A stretch of DNA of 63,763 nt, the filler included, from Octopus bimaculoides (Eukaryota), in assembly GCF_001194135.2 (NCBI RefSeq). It is 4 parts of 4 records of this genome, joined end to end, with 100 filler letters (N's around TTAATTAATTAA, not from the genome) between each part and the next. Parts side by side here need not be neighbours in the genome. Positions count along the whole stretch, not along the records: positions 21,459 to 52,997 come from NC_068984.1; 3 more parts are not named here. One strand, given 5' to 3'. The notes beneath the pieces were generated by a model, which saw only the letters and a program-made list of their open reading frames with translations, was not told the origin of the DNA and ran no database searches. Shown piece after piece: positions 37,332 to 50,824 of the stretch. Both the position numbers and the translations under genes were made by a program. Every line of letters starts with the position of its first letter. Within the stretch, counting starts at the first letter, position 1.

Positions 37332-38128
37332 CTTTGGTTGAAAGGATTAACTAATAATACATAACTTTTACACAGTGACAACATCGTTTAAATAATTGTT
37401 TCTAACTGAGGCACGAGACCAGTAAGTTTTAGAAGTGGCTAGTCGATACCAACGATCATTTAGTTGACGGGTACTTATACATTATCGATCCCAAAGAGAT
37501 AAAAAGGTAAAATTGATTGAGATTGAACTCAGAGTACCAAGAGCTGGAACACTTATCGCTATGCATTTTTTCCCATGCTCTAACGATTCAGCTAGCTCGC
37601 CACTACAACAGCATAACACATACGTTAATCAATCATAATAGATTTTAAACTGCTTTCTAGACAAAGACGCTAAGGGAATTGGGCAGAATTGTCCCAGCAG
37701 CAACTAACAAGAATGCCGGATGCATTTCGTATCCTCCGTATGTATATTGTTTTTAAACAAAGCACGTCCATAAGAGACGTTATCTCTGGACCAATATCGC
37801 AGAAAATTGCCTTTCAATGGTGATTTTATATTAAGTGTGATACGTAGATAGCTATCTTAATTTAATACCGCTTCTATTGGACATAATGGACTTCTATTCA
37901 GCTGGGCAGCTATTCGCAATACTCATGAATGTTTTATTTCCTACATCCTATAGATCAGAGGTGACAAATTTTGACTTAACATGTAGATAACTGCGAGTAC
38001 AGGCCCTTCACATGGCCTAACGAGGCCGAAATGCATGTAGCGTTCTCCCTAGCCGCTGCTGGGACGATTTTCATCTCCCTCCGATGTATACTGTGCTTTT
38101 AAACATAACACATGCATAAGAGAGATTA

Positions 38129-39863
38129 CACTGGTCAACAAAAAAAAATTTTTGAAATGGTGTCGAGACACCAAACATCTTTTTTTAGCTAATTTGAGGG
38201 CACTAAATCTGAAAATGACCTTACTTTTTCCTGTTTAGCTACTGTTTTTGCTGTACAGAAATGCCTCATTTTTTGGGGGAAAAAAGCATTTTCTTCATTT
38301 GTTTTCTGTATATTTGATATTAATCGATGGCAATATTTCTCAAAGTAAAATCGTAGAAACCTCTCAATTCGTATTTAAACCAACAAATATTGGTCTACTT
38401 ATTGAGAAATACTATTTTTGCAATAACAATCAGACCCTAAATCTTTAAAAATAACACGATTGAATATACCAAGACCAACAAGTATTTCCGTCAAATCATT
38501 AAATAAACTAACAGCAGAAATAAAACCTTCATGAACATAAGAACTATGGTAAAAAATTTCTGTTTCTTGATTGTCTGTCATGTTCAATGTTATTTAAATC
38601 CCTTTTGATACTCCAGCAGTAGTCATCCATCATTCGTTTGTCCCACGGTCACTGGTAGCGCTCTTCCATTGTTTTGATATCTTGATGGAATGGTTCTCCT
38701 TGCTCATCACTCACACCACCGCAATTATCCAGAAATTTATCTAGATGTCTATGTAAAAAATGAACCTTAATACTCATATTAGCGCCAATGTCCTATAGAC
38801 TTTTCAACAGCTTTTCCACCAACTCCTTGTGGTTTTCGGCCCGGCGATTTCCTAAGAAGTTTTTCACTACGTCAACAAACGATGTCCAAGCGCGTAATTC
38901 CAAGTCATTCATTGAATTAACAAATTCTTCATCCTTAATGAGTTTCCTGATATCAGGACCATCAAACACTCCTGCTTTGAGTTTTTCGGTGCTAAGTCCT
39001 GGAAACGATTTATATATATACTCAAAACATTTACTTTCTTTGTCGTGTGATTTTACATACTGTTTCTTTAATCCCAATTTGATATGCAAGGGAGGGAAGA
39101 TGATTTTTTCTTTCGGAACTAGCGCTGCACTAAGAACGTTCTTTTCATTGACCTACAACTCTCTGGGTGGCCAATCATTCCTTTTCTAGTGTTCATCTTT
39201 TGCTCTACTGTCCCACATACACAAAAAACAAGGGTATTTCGTGTAGCCACTTTGTTGACCAAGTAGGAAATTTACCATTTTCAAATCGACACATAACACT
39301 CATTTATGTTTGGTGTAGTCAATCTGTTCCATAACCTGTTTGATGGCATCATGTTTTTCTTTCAGTGTTGGTGAATGAACTATAGGTATTGGCGCATACA
39401 TGTTGGTATTATGGAGCAAAACACATTTCAAACTACGTTTTGAACTATCAATGAACAATCTCTATTCATCAGGATCGTACTTGTGGACGCCTAATCGAAA
39501 AAGAACGCTCTCAACATCATTGCAATGAACAAGATCCGTGTTCTCATGAAAGAATGGTATAAACTCGGCATCCCTATTTCGATAGAATGTTACCTTTGTG
39601 CCTTTTGCTAACAGGTGTTTTTCGTTGAGCCTAGAGGCCAAATGTTCTGCTGATTCTTCGTTTAGATTTAAGTCTCGAATCAAATCATTCAGCTCATTTT
39701 GGTTAAACGGTGCTGGCAGTGTTTTGGGAACATAGTCAGGATCGTTTTCGCTATATCTCTCATTTACATCAGTACCTGAATGCGGCACTGGTCGAATAGC
39801 GGAATGAAGACTGGGATAGTTGATAGATCTGCGTTTCTTTTGGTTCAGTCCCGCAACACTGAC
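38129..39863 (-). mobile_element. Chapaev3-type (CMC) DNA transposon, 5'-truncated; pseudo-transposase 38544-39863 in one frame
   Basis: YPSLHSAIRPVPH, FNQNELNDLIRDLNL, RLFIDSSKRSLKCVLLHN, CVDLKMVNFLLGQQSGYTKYPCFLC, PPLHIKLGL, GVFDGPDIRKL, HFLHRH, SDEQGEPFHQDIKTMEERY, MMDDYCW; six in-frame stops; CACTGG end at 38129. Confidence 0.8.
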
Positions 39864-40299
39864 TGAGAGTACATGTGTGTTTTATTACTGAATGTACGCA
39901 CGCGCGCTCGTGTGTGCAAGCAGCAGACAGGCGACCGAAGTATAGCTGTCCCTCGCAATTAGGACTCGCTACAATATATGTACCATGCTTTCGCTAATTG
40001 TTTTAGGTGCCAATATAATTCCGAGCTGGCAAAGACATTTTCTTCGCCCTCTAACGCTTAGCCCAGTGGAAGAACCAAGATGTCTTGAGAGAGAGAAAGA
40101 TGAGCAGCACAGTCGCTGGGTCGGGACTTGCTTTCAGCTGAGTAGACTGGAGTAATGTGAAACGGAATACCTAGCCTACAGAGATAATGTACTGCCCATT
40201 CCGGTAATCGAACCAGCTGTCTTATTTTCATGAACCCAACACACTAATTTGTACATAGAAATACAGACAGACAGATAGATTGATAGATTGTTTGAAAGG

Positions 40300-40441
<142 letters not shown>

Positions 40442-42008
40442 CGGATAATTTCACATGTACATACAGACATATATGCATTCGTACATACGGGCATATATGC
40501 GTGATTTGTGTACTGCAACAATTTTTCTCTTTGAATTTTATTTTCTGCATTCATTAAATCGCCAAACCTTATTTCTCATATAAATTCGTTACCTTGTGGC
40601 TATATTAAAAATCAATTTTCATGGAACGGTAAATAAGTATAGGCCTAGGTCTTCTCCGATAAAATTCGATAATATATCTTTCTTACACAAAAACTCTAGC
40701 AAGATTAAACTAATATCATTTTTGGATGGACTTTGTAAAAACATTGTGCATATTTTTCCAGTTCCGTGCCAAATTAAATCGACAGGATACATATCACTCA
40801 GAAATTTTTGGTTGATATATTCTTTTCCTTTAACAGGAAATTTAACTTTTCAAGGGTTACATTTATGATGCCAAAGACGTGAGCCAGTGATTATTGATGG
40901 AAATGTGAACCCATAATCACGTTATAATCTTGTAGATTCTGAAAGCAAATCTAATAAAGTTTTCCTTTCCGTTGAATTTGGAAACGATATTCGCATCTAT
41001 CAGTTGACTAAATTTAATAAGAATATTTTGCTTTTCTNNNNNNNNNNNNNNNNNNNNNNNNNNNNNNNNNNNNNNNNNNNNNNNNNNNNNNNNNNNNNNN
41101 NNNNNNNNNNNNNNNNNNNNNNNNNNNNNNNNNNNNNNNNNNNNNTCCAGGGAAACTGGTAGAGGTCTGCCTTGGCAAAAGTTGTGTTTATTGGTATAAA
41201 AGAAAAATTTAACTGGTATGCCATAATAAGGAGAGTCACCGACGTTTCAGACAAAGTACTTTTTCAGGTAATGAAAAGTTTGTGTTTTTTTTTTCTCTGG
41301 CGTTACTCTTTTACTCTTTTACTTGTTTCAGTCATTTGACTGCGGCCATGCTGGAGCACCGCCTTTTAGTCGAGCAAATCGACCCCAGGACTTATTCTTT
41401 GTAAGCTTAGTACTTAGTCTATCGGTCTCTTTTTGCGGAACCGCTAAGTTACGGGGACGTAAACACACCAGCATCGGTTGTCAAGCGATGTTGAGGGGAC
41501 AGAGAGATTTTTATCTCTCCTGCAATAAAGATGAACACGCTAAGCACTAGACCATAAGTTTTCACACTTCTATACTAATATAACACAAATATCTGCATTT
41601 ACTGACCAAAAATAATTTATTGATTTCTCCTCAAATATTTTTTTTTATTTTCAGTATTTGTGTACATCTTAATTCTTTATAAGGTAATCAAGTGATAAAG
41701 AATAAAAATCGGTGGAGCGATCGACGAAACACTCTATGATAATTAGTTGCCTACGTTTACGTTCTGAGTTCACAATAGCGACAAGGTCAAATTTACCTTT
41801 CATCCTTCTGAGATTCATAAAATAAAGTACCAATCAATTCTAGGGTTCATTTATTCGTGTATAATGACTACTCTCTACGTCTGCTTCTCAAACTTTTTAA
41901 ATTATCACCCACCCATTTCTTTTACTAACAATTTTTCATTGCTCACTTGCTACAATTCGGCTAAATTAACTATTATATATAACGAATAAAAAGTTTAGAA
42001 TGGTACTA

Positions 42009-42176
42009 CAATGCACTATAATACAAAAAATGGACTATATACCTGTTGTAATTCGGTTATCCGATGATATTTCGGAATCACAATTCTTTGTCTCTGCAGA
42101 GACTCCTTCCGAAATATCATCGGACTATAAATAACCAAATTACAACAGGTATATAGTCCATTTTTTGTATTATAGT

Positions 42177-42182
<6 letters not shown>
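42009..42182. mobile_element. Palindromic Tc1/mariner-type MITE, 174 bp, TA flanks
   Basis: CAATGCACTATAATACAAAAAATGGACTATATACCTGTTGTAATT / AATTACAACAGGTATATAGTCCATTTTTTGTATTATAGTGCATTG perfect; inner CCGATGATATTTCGGAA / TTCCGAAATATCATCGG. Confidence 0.85.
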
Positions 42183-42218
<36 letters not shown>

Positions 42219-42227
42219 ATATGCACA

Positions 42228-42766
42228 CAGAGGCGTAGTCAGGTTCTGAAGTTAGTGAGAATAAGCGCACAAAAAAGGCGCTGTGACACATACAAAACAA
42301 TTTTTAATTCATTCGTCTCATATTACGTGAAATATTTCATTAGCTACAATATACATAATTGTAGTCTACATTCATCAATTTCTTGTTTTAGTAACAATGT
42401 CATTATGTATGAAACTTACAACTACTGATATAGGTGTGACATGAAAAAGATGAAACTCCACTGGATCGTCCAGTGTCGAGAGGTTATGACGTCATGGTTT
42501 TTTCTGCTTCTTCAGATGTTAGCGGCCACTAACACATCGCAGGAGATTGAACAGACAGTTCAATAACAGAGAAGATTGGTCAAATACAGTAATAACTCCA
42601 GAAAGTTCTTCCAAAGTCATGTGATTTACAAAGAAAAGCGGAAATTCGGCTTTCATTGCAAAAGTGAACTAAAGAGTTAAAAGGAATAGTTGGAAAGGCG
42701 TCAATTTTCAAAAATGTGCTCGTGAGGAGCGGTCGGCCCCCTGTTTCCCTTTTAGTTACGCCACTG
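42228..42766. mobile_element. hAT-type non-autonomous element
   Basis: TIR CAGAGGCGTAGTCA / TAGTTACGCCACTG; 8-bp flanks TATGCACA and TACGCGTA differ only by transitions. Confidence 0.6.
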
Positions 42767-43794
42767 TACGCGTACACAAATTGGAACGTTATCTAACGCT
42801 ACAAAAGATGCATTGATTATCTTCATTAGAATACTGTAACCCTTTAATATTTCAACAGTCTTCATCCTGGGTTCAAATGCTATTCAAGTTTTCTTCATTT
42901 CTTTTTTTTTTTTTTTTGTCATTGCACCTTTCATCGATGAAATGAAATAAAGAAACTAAATAAAATTCTAAAAAAATAATTAATATGAAAAATACTTGAA
43001 ATTTGATTATTAGAAAACTAAATATAATGCAAAAATTGATAAAATCTGAAAAGAAATAAGAGATATTTGAAAAAGTAGGTGTATAGATTAGATTTTAAAA
43101 TGAAATTACGGCTCAGTCCTTCTAGGAAATCAATAAGCTTTACCTTGCGTGTTAGGATGTAAGGAAGCAACGCTTGTTTCATCTTCGTACTTCGTGGACA
43201 GCTACTTATTACACCTGTAAGGCTGCTTACATCAACATTTCTGTTGAAATCCTAATTTCCTACTTCCCTTTTATGTCGTTTTTTTTTTAATCGTTCACTT
43301 TTTATATAGTGTATCTTGAAAGGCGGTGAGCTTGCAAAATCATTAGTACCACAGGAAAATTCCAGGCGGTATTTATGTTTTGAGTTCAAATACCGTCAAA
43401 GCCAGCTTTGCCTTTCATCCTTTTAGGGTCGATAAAAGTAATGGGGCCAATGTAATTGACTAACTATTTCCCTTTAAAATCTTTAGCTTTATGCCTAAAC
43501 TGGAAACCATATAATGTATTTGAAAGTTGTCATCCATTTTCTCTTAAGTATTAGTAAATATAAAAGAGGAATCTCCGTCGGTTTCGACGATGAATATTCA
43601 CCTAGACACCTGAATTACCTGTTCATTGAATTAGCATCTAAGTGACTGAGTATTCCATAGACACGTGTGCCCTTAATGTAATTCTCAATCAGAATCGGCA
43701 TGACACATAGTGTGACATGGTCGTGCCTTTGCATTATTGGTGCAATACACCAAGTGGGCTGCAACATCTTCTCCGTCAACTCTTTTATTTACAG

Positions 43795-44030
43795 GGCTTG
43801 CAATGAGAATTATATCGGTCAAACAGGACCAAAATTAACTCATCGGATTAGGGTACATAAGCAACAAATCAAGCATTTATCTTTTAGAAATGCTTCATGT
43901 AGTAAGCATCTAGAATTTGTGCAAATGAAAAATAAGGAAAGAAAATTATCGATTTCTGACGGCAAGAATACTTCATGAAATTCTTAATCCGAAACGAAGC
44001 CAAACCAGTCAACACCGCAACTAAAATAAT
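43795..44030 (+). mobile_element. Penelope-like element GIY-YIG endonuclease fragment
   Basis: ACNENYIGQTGPKLTHRIRVHKQQIKH...CSKHL: YIG, R and H motifs of PLE GIY-YIG; disrupted downstream. Confidence 0.75.
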
Positions 44031-44065
44031 TATTTCGACACGGATTGCTTTATAACACGTGTACT

Positions 44066-44127
<62 letters not shown>

Positions 44128-44238
44128 GGTAGGTATTGAGANNNNNNNNNNNNNNNNNNNNNNNNNNNNNNNNNNNNNNNNNNNNNNNNNNNNNNNNNNN
44201 NNNNNNNNNNNNNNNNNNNNNNNNNNNNNNNNNNNNNN

Positions 44239-44323
<85 letters not shown>

Positions 44324-45419
44324 GAGGCAAAAGGAAGAGAAAAGAAGAAAAGAGGAGAGAAACAGACGTCGCACAAAAAAGTATATAAACAGAATGTTTA
44401 CAAAATAAGGTGCGTGACGTTACACTAAATAATATGTTTAAAAAACTGTATATAAAGTACAAACTAACAGAACAAATGGAAAAATACTTAAAAAGTCGCT
44501 AAATCCTCAACAATTATCGTCCAAAGGATCGTAGCAATTTCACACCTTTAACGATAATATTGTTCCCCTTTGGTGGCGTCAGCGACGAGAAGCTGCTGGG
44601 AAATAGTAAGCAAACAATGGACAAACACAACAGAATGTGAACATACAAACAAAAATGAAAAAAAATACATTTTACAAACAAAATAATATTAAAGACGAGA
44701 CGAATAGCGAACGGACAAGAGACAGAGGCGTCTTATGACCACGTTGGTAACCAATATCATCATGATTTTAGGTTACTTGAATGCTGGATTTTGTGGGACA
44801 CTGGACACAACTCCTTGTGGCATTGAGTTACGTCCCATCCCATTCTGAGTTCATATTTCACTGGTGTCGAATTTACGTATCATCTTTAAATGGGTCATTA
44901 AAGTTGATACCATTATTTTTTTCAACAACTCTTTTCTTACGATTAGAATCTGTTACATTGCACCACCTTGTTATCTCTATTTACTGTTTTTTACTGTTTT
45001 CCTTTTCATTTGCGCGCACGCGCGTGTGTGTGTGTGTTATAGTATTGCAAAAAAAAGTACCCAGGATACTCTGTAAATTGGTTGGCATTAGGAAGGATGT
45101 CCAGCCGTAGAAACCTTGCCAAAGCAAACATTAAAGAGCAACGGTAGCCGTTAGGTTATTCGGATGCTAGCGATATTTCTTTATTCGGATGCTAGCGAAC
45201 CGTGCAACCCATACCAGCATGGAATACGGACAGCAAATTTTAACAATAATGATGATGATGATCTATATATGAGTGTTACACGCGCGCGCGTCTGTGACTG
45301 CGAGCGTGTAAATGCGTGTTCTGAAGTTAAAATACGCACTTGAAACATTGAAAGTTCAGCAATTTCTGGGGAGGGAATAAGTCCGATTATATCGATTCTA
45401 GAGTTCAACTAGTACTTAC

Positions 45420-46610
45420 TTAGCAGAATTTGAACTTCGAACGTAAAGACGGACGAAATGCCGCTAAGCATTTTGCCTGGCGTGCTAACGATTCTGCCAG
45501 CTCGCCGCGTTAGAAATTTTGGGGTAGGAGGATAGTCGATTACATCGACTCCAGTGCTAAACTGATACTTATTCTATCGGCCTCAAAAGGATGAAAGGCA
45601 AAATCGAGAATTTGAATTCAGAACGTAAGGACGAACGAAATGCCTCTAAGCATTTTTCCCGGCATGTTAAGAATTCCGCCAATTCGACACTTTTAGAAAC
45701 AGTATTAATACTTGTAAGGTAGTGAGTGAGTTGCTAGAATCAATAGCACTCCGGCTAAAATGTCTAACGGCAATTCGTTCTTCTGTACGTTCTGAGTTCA
45801 AATTCCACTGAGGTTGACTTTGCCTTTCTTGCGTTTGGAGAGGATAAAATAAGTACCAGTGTAGCACTGGGATCGATATAATCGACTTACCCCAACGCCC
45901 GAAAATGCTGGCCTTGTGCCAAAATTTAAAACCAATATTCTTTTCTACTCTAGGCACAAGGCCCAGAATTTTGGGGGAGGGGGCCGGTCGATTAGATCGA
46001 CCCCAGTACGCAACTGGTACTTAATTTATCGATCTCGAAAGGATGGAAGGCAACGTCGACCTCGGTGGAATTTGAACTCAGAACGTAAAAACAGGCGAAA
46101 ATCGTTAAGCATTTCGCCCGGCGTGCTAACGTTTCTTACTTCTTTACTGCCGACAAGGGGCTACACACAGATGGGACAAACAAGGACAGACAAACGGATT
46201 AAGTCGATTACATTGACCCCAGTGCGTAACTGGTACTTAATTTATCGACCGCGAAAGGATGAAAGGCAAAGTCGACCTCGGCGGAATTTGAACTCAGAAC
46301 GTAACGGCAGACGAAATATCGCTAAGCATTTCGCCCGGCGTGCTAACGTTTCTTACTTCTTTACTGCCGACAAGGGGCTACACANNNNNNNNNNNNNNNN
46401 NNNNNNNNNNNNNNNNNNNNNNNNNNNNNNNNNNNNNNNNNNNNNNNNNNNNNNNNNNNNNNNNNNNNNNNNNNNNNNNNNNNNNNNNNNNNNNNNNNNN
46501 NNNNNNNNNNNNNNNNNNNNNNNNNNNNNNNNNNNNNNNNNNNNNNNNNNNNNNNNNNNNNNNNNNNNNNNNCCCGGCGTGCTAACGTTTCTGCCAACTC
46601 ACCGCCTTAT
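45420..46610. mobile_element. Cluster of SINE family B copies in both orientations, including a head-to-tail tandem with a 217-bp unit
   Basis: Repeated TTTGAACTCAGAACGTAA...CCCGGCGTGCTAACG; identical junctions at 46135/46136 and 46352/46353. Confidence 0.85.
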
Positions 46611-46629
46611 TTGAAATCAATATTAAGAT

Positions 46630-46796
46630 ACTTGTGTGGCTGTGTAGTAAGAAGTTTGCTTCCCAACCACATGGTTCCAGGTTCAGTCCCACTGTGTGAC
46701 ACCTTAGGCAAGTGTCTTCTACTATAGCCTCGGGCCCACCAAAGTCTTGTGAGAGGATTTAGTAGATGGAAACAAGGGAACCTGTCGTATATATAC

Positions 46797-46850
<54 letters not shown>

Positions 46851-47090
46851 CTGTGTGTATGTATGTGTGTCTGTGTCACACCTCACACATCAACGCTTGA
46901 CAATCGGTGTTAGTAAAGTTACGTCCCCGTAACTTAGTGGTTCAGCAAAAGAGGCCGAAAGAATAATAAGTACTAGGCTTTATAAAATAAGTCCGGGGTT
47001 GATTTGTTCGACTAAAACCCTTTAAGGTGGTGCTCCAGCATGGCCGCAGTCAAATGACTGGAACGAGTAAAAGATTAAAAGAGTAAAACG
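46630..47090 (+). mobile_element. Full-length SINE family A copy
   Basis: Head TGTGGCTGTGTAGTAAG, B box GGTTCAGTCCC, (GT)n, tail GTAAAAGATTAAAAGAG. Confidence 0.85.
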
Positions 47091-47891
47091 AGGAACGGCA
47101 CTAGCGAAGCGAAGTCCTGTATTCTTAAGAGACACAGACGTCTCTAAGATGTTTCTCTACGATAAAATATTATACCTTGTACCGTTCTACTTATGTATAG
47201 TATAGATATACATTATAAATGTTTTACATAACGGTATTTTGTTCTGAAATGTTTTCCAATATTTAGCAATGACATTAATTGCCAATATTAGAATAAATTA
47301 TCCTCAGCAAAAAAAAAAAATTCTTTATAACCACAGACCACAACAACAATAGAATTTAAAATTTTATTCAATATTGCTAACAAATATATATATTTTCCCA
47401 TCAGGTATTTCTTTTTCTCCTCCTACGAAATGAAATGTTCGCCTTTGATATATCGAGCAAAACTCAAAGAATCTCTTCTGTGTTTCAATACAGTCTCTTT
47501 ATACACAGCCATTAGGTTCCAAATCATCTTGAACTCTTTCATCCTTTTCATTCTTTGGTAAAAAAAAAATACTTGATATTTCTTTCTTTCTTTCTTTTTT
47601 TTATTTTCCCTATGAAACATTAATCGAATTTATTTGCATAAATTAGAATCACCTGTATGGGTGTATTCGTACATTAAACAATCCCGACAGCATTTTGCTG
47701 AGATAATATATTCACAGCATTCGTATGCGGATAATACACAAGAGAATAAATATAGTAGGAAATAAGCTAAGGAATCACCAGCATATGTGGGTGCGTGTAT
47801 GTATATGTACATGTCATTACGCACATGCATACATACACGCATGCATACATACAAACATACATACATACATACATACATGCATGCATACATA

Positions 47892-47930
<39 letters not shown>

Positions 47931-48877
47931 TCATGCATGTGCATGTATGCATGTTTGTATGTTGTATGTACTCTTGAATGAATGCATATACATATATGGT
48001 ATCTATATATGCATGCGTGCATGTACGCATGAGTGCATCTATATATTCATGTGTGTATGTATGTATGTATGTATGTATGTATGAGTATATATGTGTGTAC
48101 GTGTATGTGTGTGAGTGTGTGCATATACGGGAATGCAAAGAGAAACTGAACAACAGTACTAAGAAAACCAATATCACATAATAATAATAATTATTATTAT
48201 TATTATTATTATTACAATAACAACAACAATAGCAGTACCAGGCAATGGCTCTCATGGTTTCTGATCTTAACTGATTGGAAGTGTTATCATGTACATCGTT
48301 TTGTCTTGGTATAAAAGATGGGCTACAGTAAATATTCTGCTCAATACCACAGATTTACCTGTCAGTTGTTTAGCCTTAACCAGTTGAGCATTCCCATGGT
48401 GGCTGACGATATGTGCATCTCTGATCATGAGCACAAATAGTGGGGGAGCATCATAGTCATGTGTTAAGAGAAATTCTTTGGGGTTTGAATAATTCACCTT
48501 TGGAAACATGGGTGTTTCGCTCAACATCCTTAAACAACCCTTATTCAGGAACCTTTTGAGTCGGATAGGCTACTCGACCTGAATAAAATTCTAATTGGGC
48601 TCCAGCTGCAAGATCATGCGCTGCTAATCTTCATATGAAATCACCATGTCGCGCACATATGGTTATGATGCATGTGCCTGGTATACACTTATCAGACGGG
48701 TAGTCATGATGGATATACTGTGTTTCGTATATTTGACCCAGTGTCACTTTGATGGCATGCACCGCTCTCTCTCTCTCACTCATTCGATAATAATCATATT
48801 ATAATTCGGCTTGCTCCTTCCTTAGTTACTTAGTTCGTCCGTCCGTTACGCTCTTCATATATGTATAAATTTTTTCG

Positions 48878-48971
48878 ATGTTACTTTTACTTTTTGATAC
48901 AGAGGAGGGACAGAGAGGTAGTGAGAGAGAAAGAGTCAGTGGAAGAGGAAGAGAGAGAGATTGGTGATAGA

Positions 48972-49040
<69 letters not shown>

Positions 49041-49220
49041 GGAAGACAAGTAGATAGATAAATACATCGACACGTTGTTAAATCAAAGAGAAATAACCAC
49101 AGTAAATTGTCGATGTTACTTTTGCTTTTCGATACAAAGGAAGGACAGAGAGATAGTGAGAGAGAAAGAGTCAGTGAGAGGGAGGAGTGTAGTGATAGAA
49201 AGTGTGTGTGTGTGTGTGTA
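48878..49220. repeat. Local tandem duplication, period about 235 bp
   Basis: CGATGTTACTTTT.CTTTT.GATACA.AGGA.GGACAGAGAG.TAGTGAGAGAGAAAGAGTCAGTG...GTGATAGAAAGTGTG occurs twice. Confidence 0.8.
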
Positions 49221-49244
49221 TGAACGTGTGACATTCTCTGTGTG

Positions 49245-49281
<37 letters not shown>

Positions 49282-50791
49282 GGATGCATGCTGTCAATCA
49301 ACATTTTTTGAATTTGCAGGCCCCTTCTTTTCCTTTTTTGTAGTCTCTTACGCATCAATCGTCTCAAACCTTGTTTGGGACACGATCATACAAAGAAAAG
49401 TCATTCAACTTCTTTTACTGCTGTTGTTGCTGATATTACGAATGACCATAGCATCAACCCTTTCTCTTATTGTTTTGCACTCCTGCCAAGTCAGTTCTGA
49501 TAAAGAAGATTTATAATATCTAGACAATCATTCAAATAGCTTAGTGATCAAGCGTTTCAAATACACTATGTCTCCGCCTAGTTGGGGATTATTTTATGCA
49601 GTGGTGCATTGCATAAAATTATTGTGTGGTAGTCTGTGCACGCTGCAGTTTTTGTCTACATCATCTGGTCTGTTTCTGTATTTCTGTAGATCCGGTGGTG
49701 GCTAACACAGAGCAGTAGTGTAGTTGTGGAGGGGTATGATAGGAGTCGATGGAGGCCGTCCATCCCGGGTGACACTTTTATGAGGGTGGCATTTTTGAGT
49801 CTACTCCAAAAGCCTGAGTAGGCTTGGAGTGTCAAAGAAGGTGACAAATGCAAGGGCTGCCTCGAGTGGCACATACCGTAGCTACGCCATTTTTGTAGAG
49901 AAGGGTAAAATGTACTCTGTCGTAGTGCAACAATCGCTATCCCATTATGCTACGTTTGCTGTTTACTATCCCATTATGCTACGTTTCCTATAGGCCTATG
50001 ATGAAAGCCATATCAGTCGGGACCACCTATTTATATATTCAAGCGTTGAGTGTCCTTCTTTTTTTATAAGGCGGTAACATACGAGTTTTGTGAAAGTACG
50101 TGACTTAGTGGATAGGCTGTTGGACTTACCCTCATAAAGTCATGGGTTCTATCTCTAACCGGGCAATGCCTTGTGTCTTTGGATAAGGCATTTCTTTGCA
50201 AATTGCTCCAGTCAAGTCTACTCACTTGGAAAATATTTACATCTGCTGCAGAGAAATACTTTACGGACTATTAACCCGGAGAATCTTGCATACGCAAGAT
50301 ATCACTTGTCCATGATGGCTACAGTACACTGGATGTTCAACAAACGATTTGCGGGATATTTTGGCTGTTAATTCAAGCATGGCGAGAGACTCATGTTAAG
50401 GCAACCTTATTTACTCATGTTTTGCCTCACATAACTTTGATATTAACGTCAAAGCGGTTGAGCACCCCACAGACACGCGTGGCTTAGTGGTACCTTTTAG
50501 GGCTCAAGATCGTAAAGTCATGAGTTCGATTCCCGGCGAACCGTTATGTTCTTGAACCATACACTTTATTTCACGTTGCTCCAGTCTACGCAGCTAGCAA
50601 AAACAAACTGTACCTGTATTTCAAAGGGCCAGCCTTGTCACATTTTTCGTCACACTGAATCTCTCTGGGAACTACGTTAAGGGTATACGTGTCTGTGGAG
50701 TGTTCAGCCACTTGCAAGTTAATTTCATCGGCAGGCTGTTCCGTTGATCAGATCAACTGGAACCCTCGCCGTCGTGGCAGACGGAGTGTCA

Positions 50792-50824
<33 letters not shown>

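Noticed and set aside
38010-38050. CTAACGA-GGCC-GAAA-TGCATGTA hammerhead-like string (similar partial strings near 35925 and 53170)
   Set aside because: Core substitution and no helix I pairing
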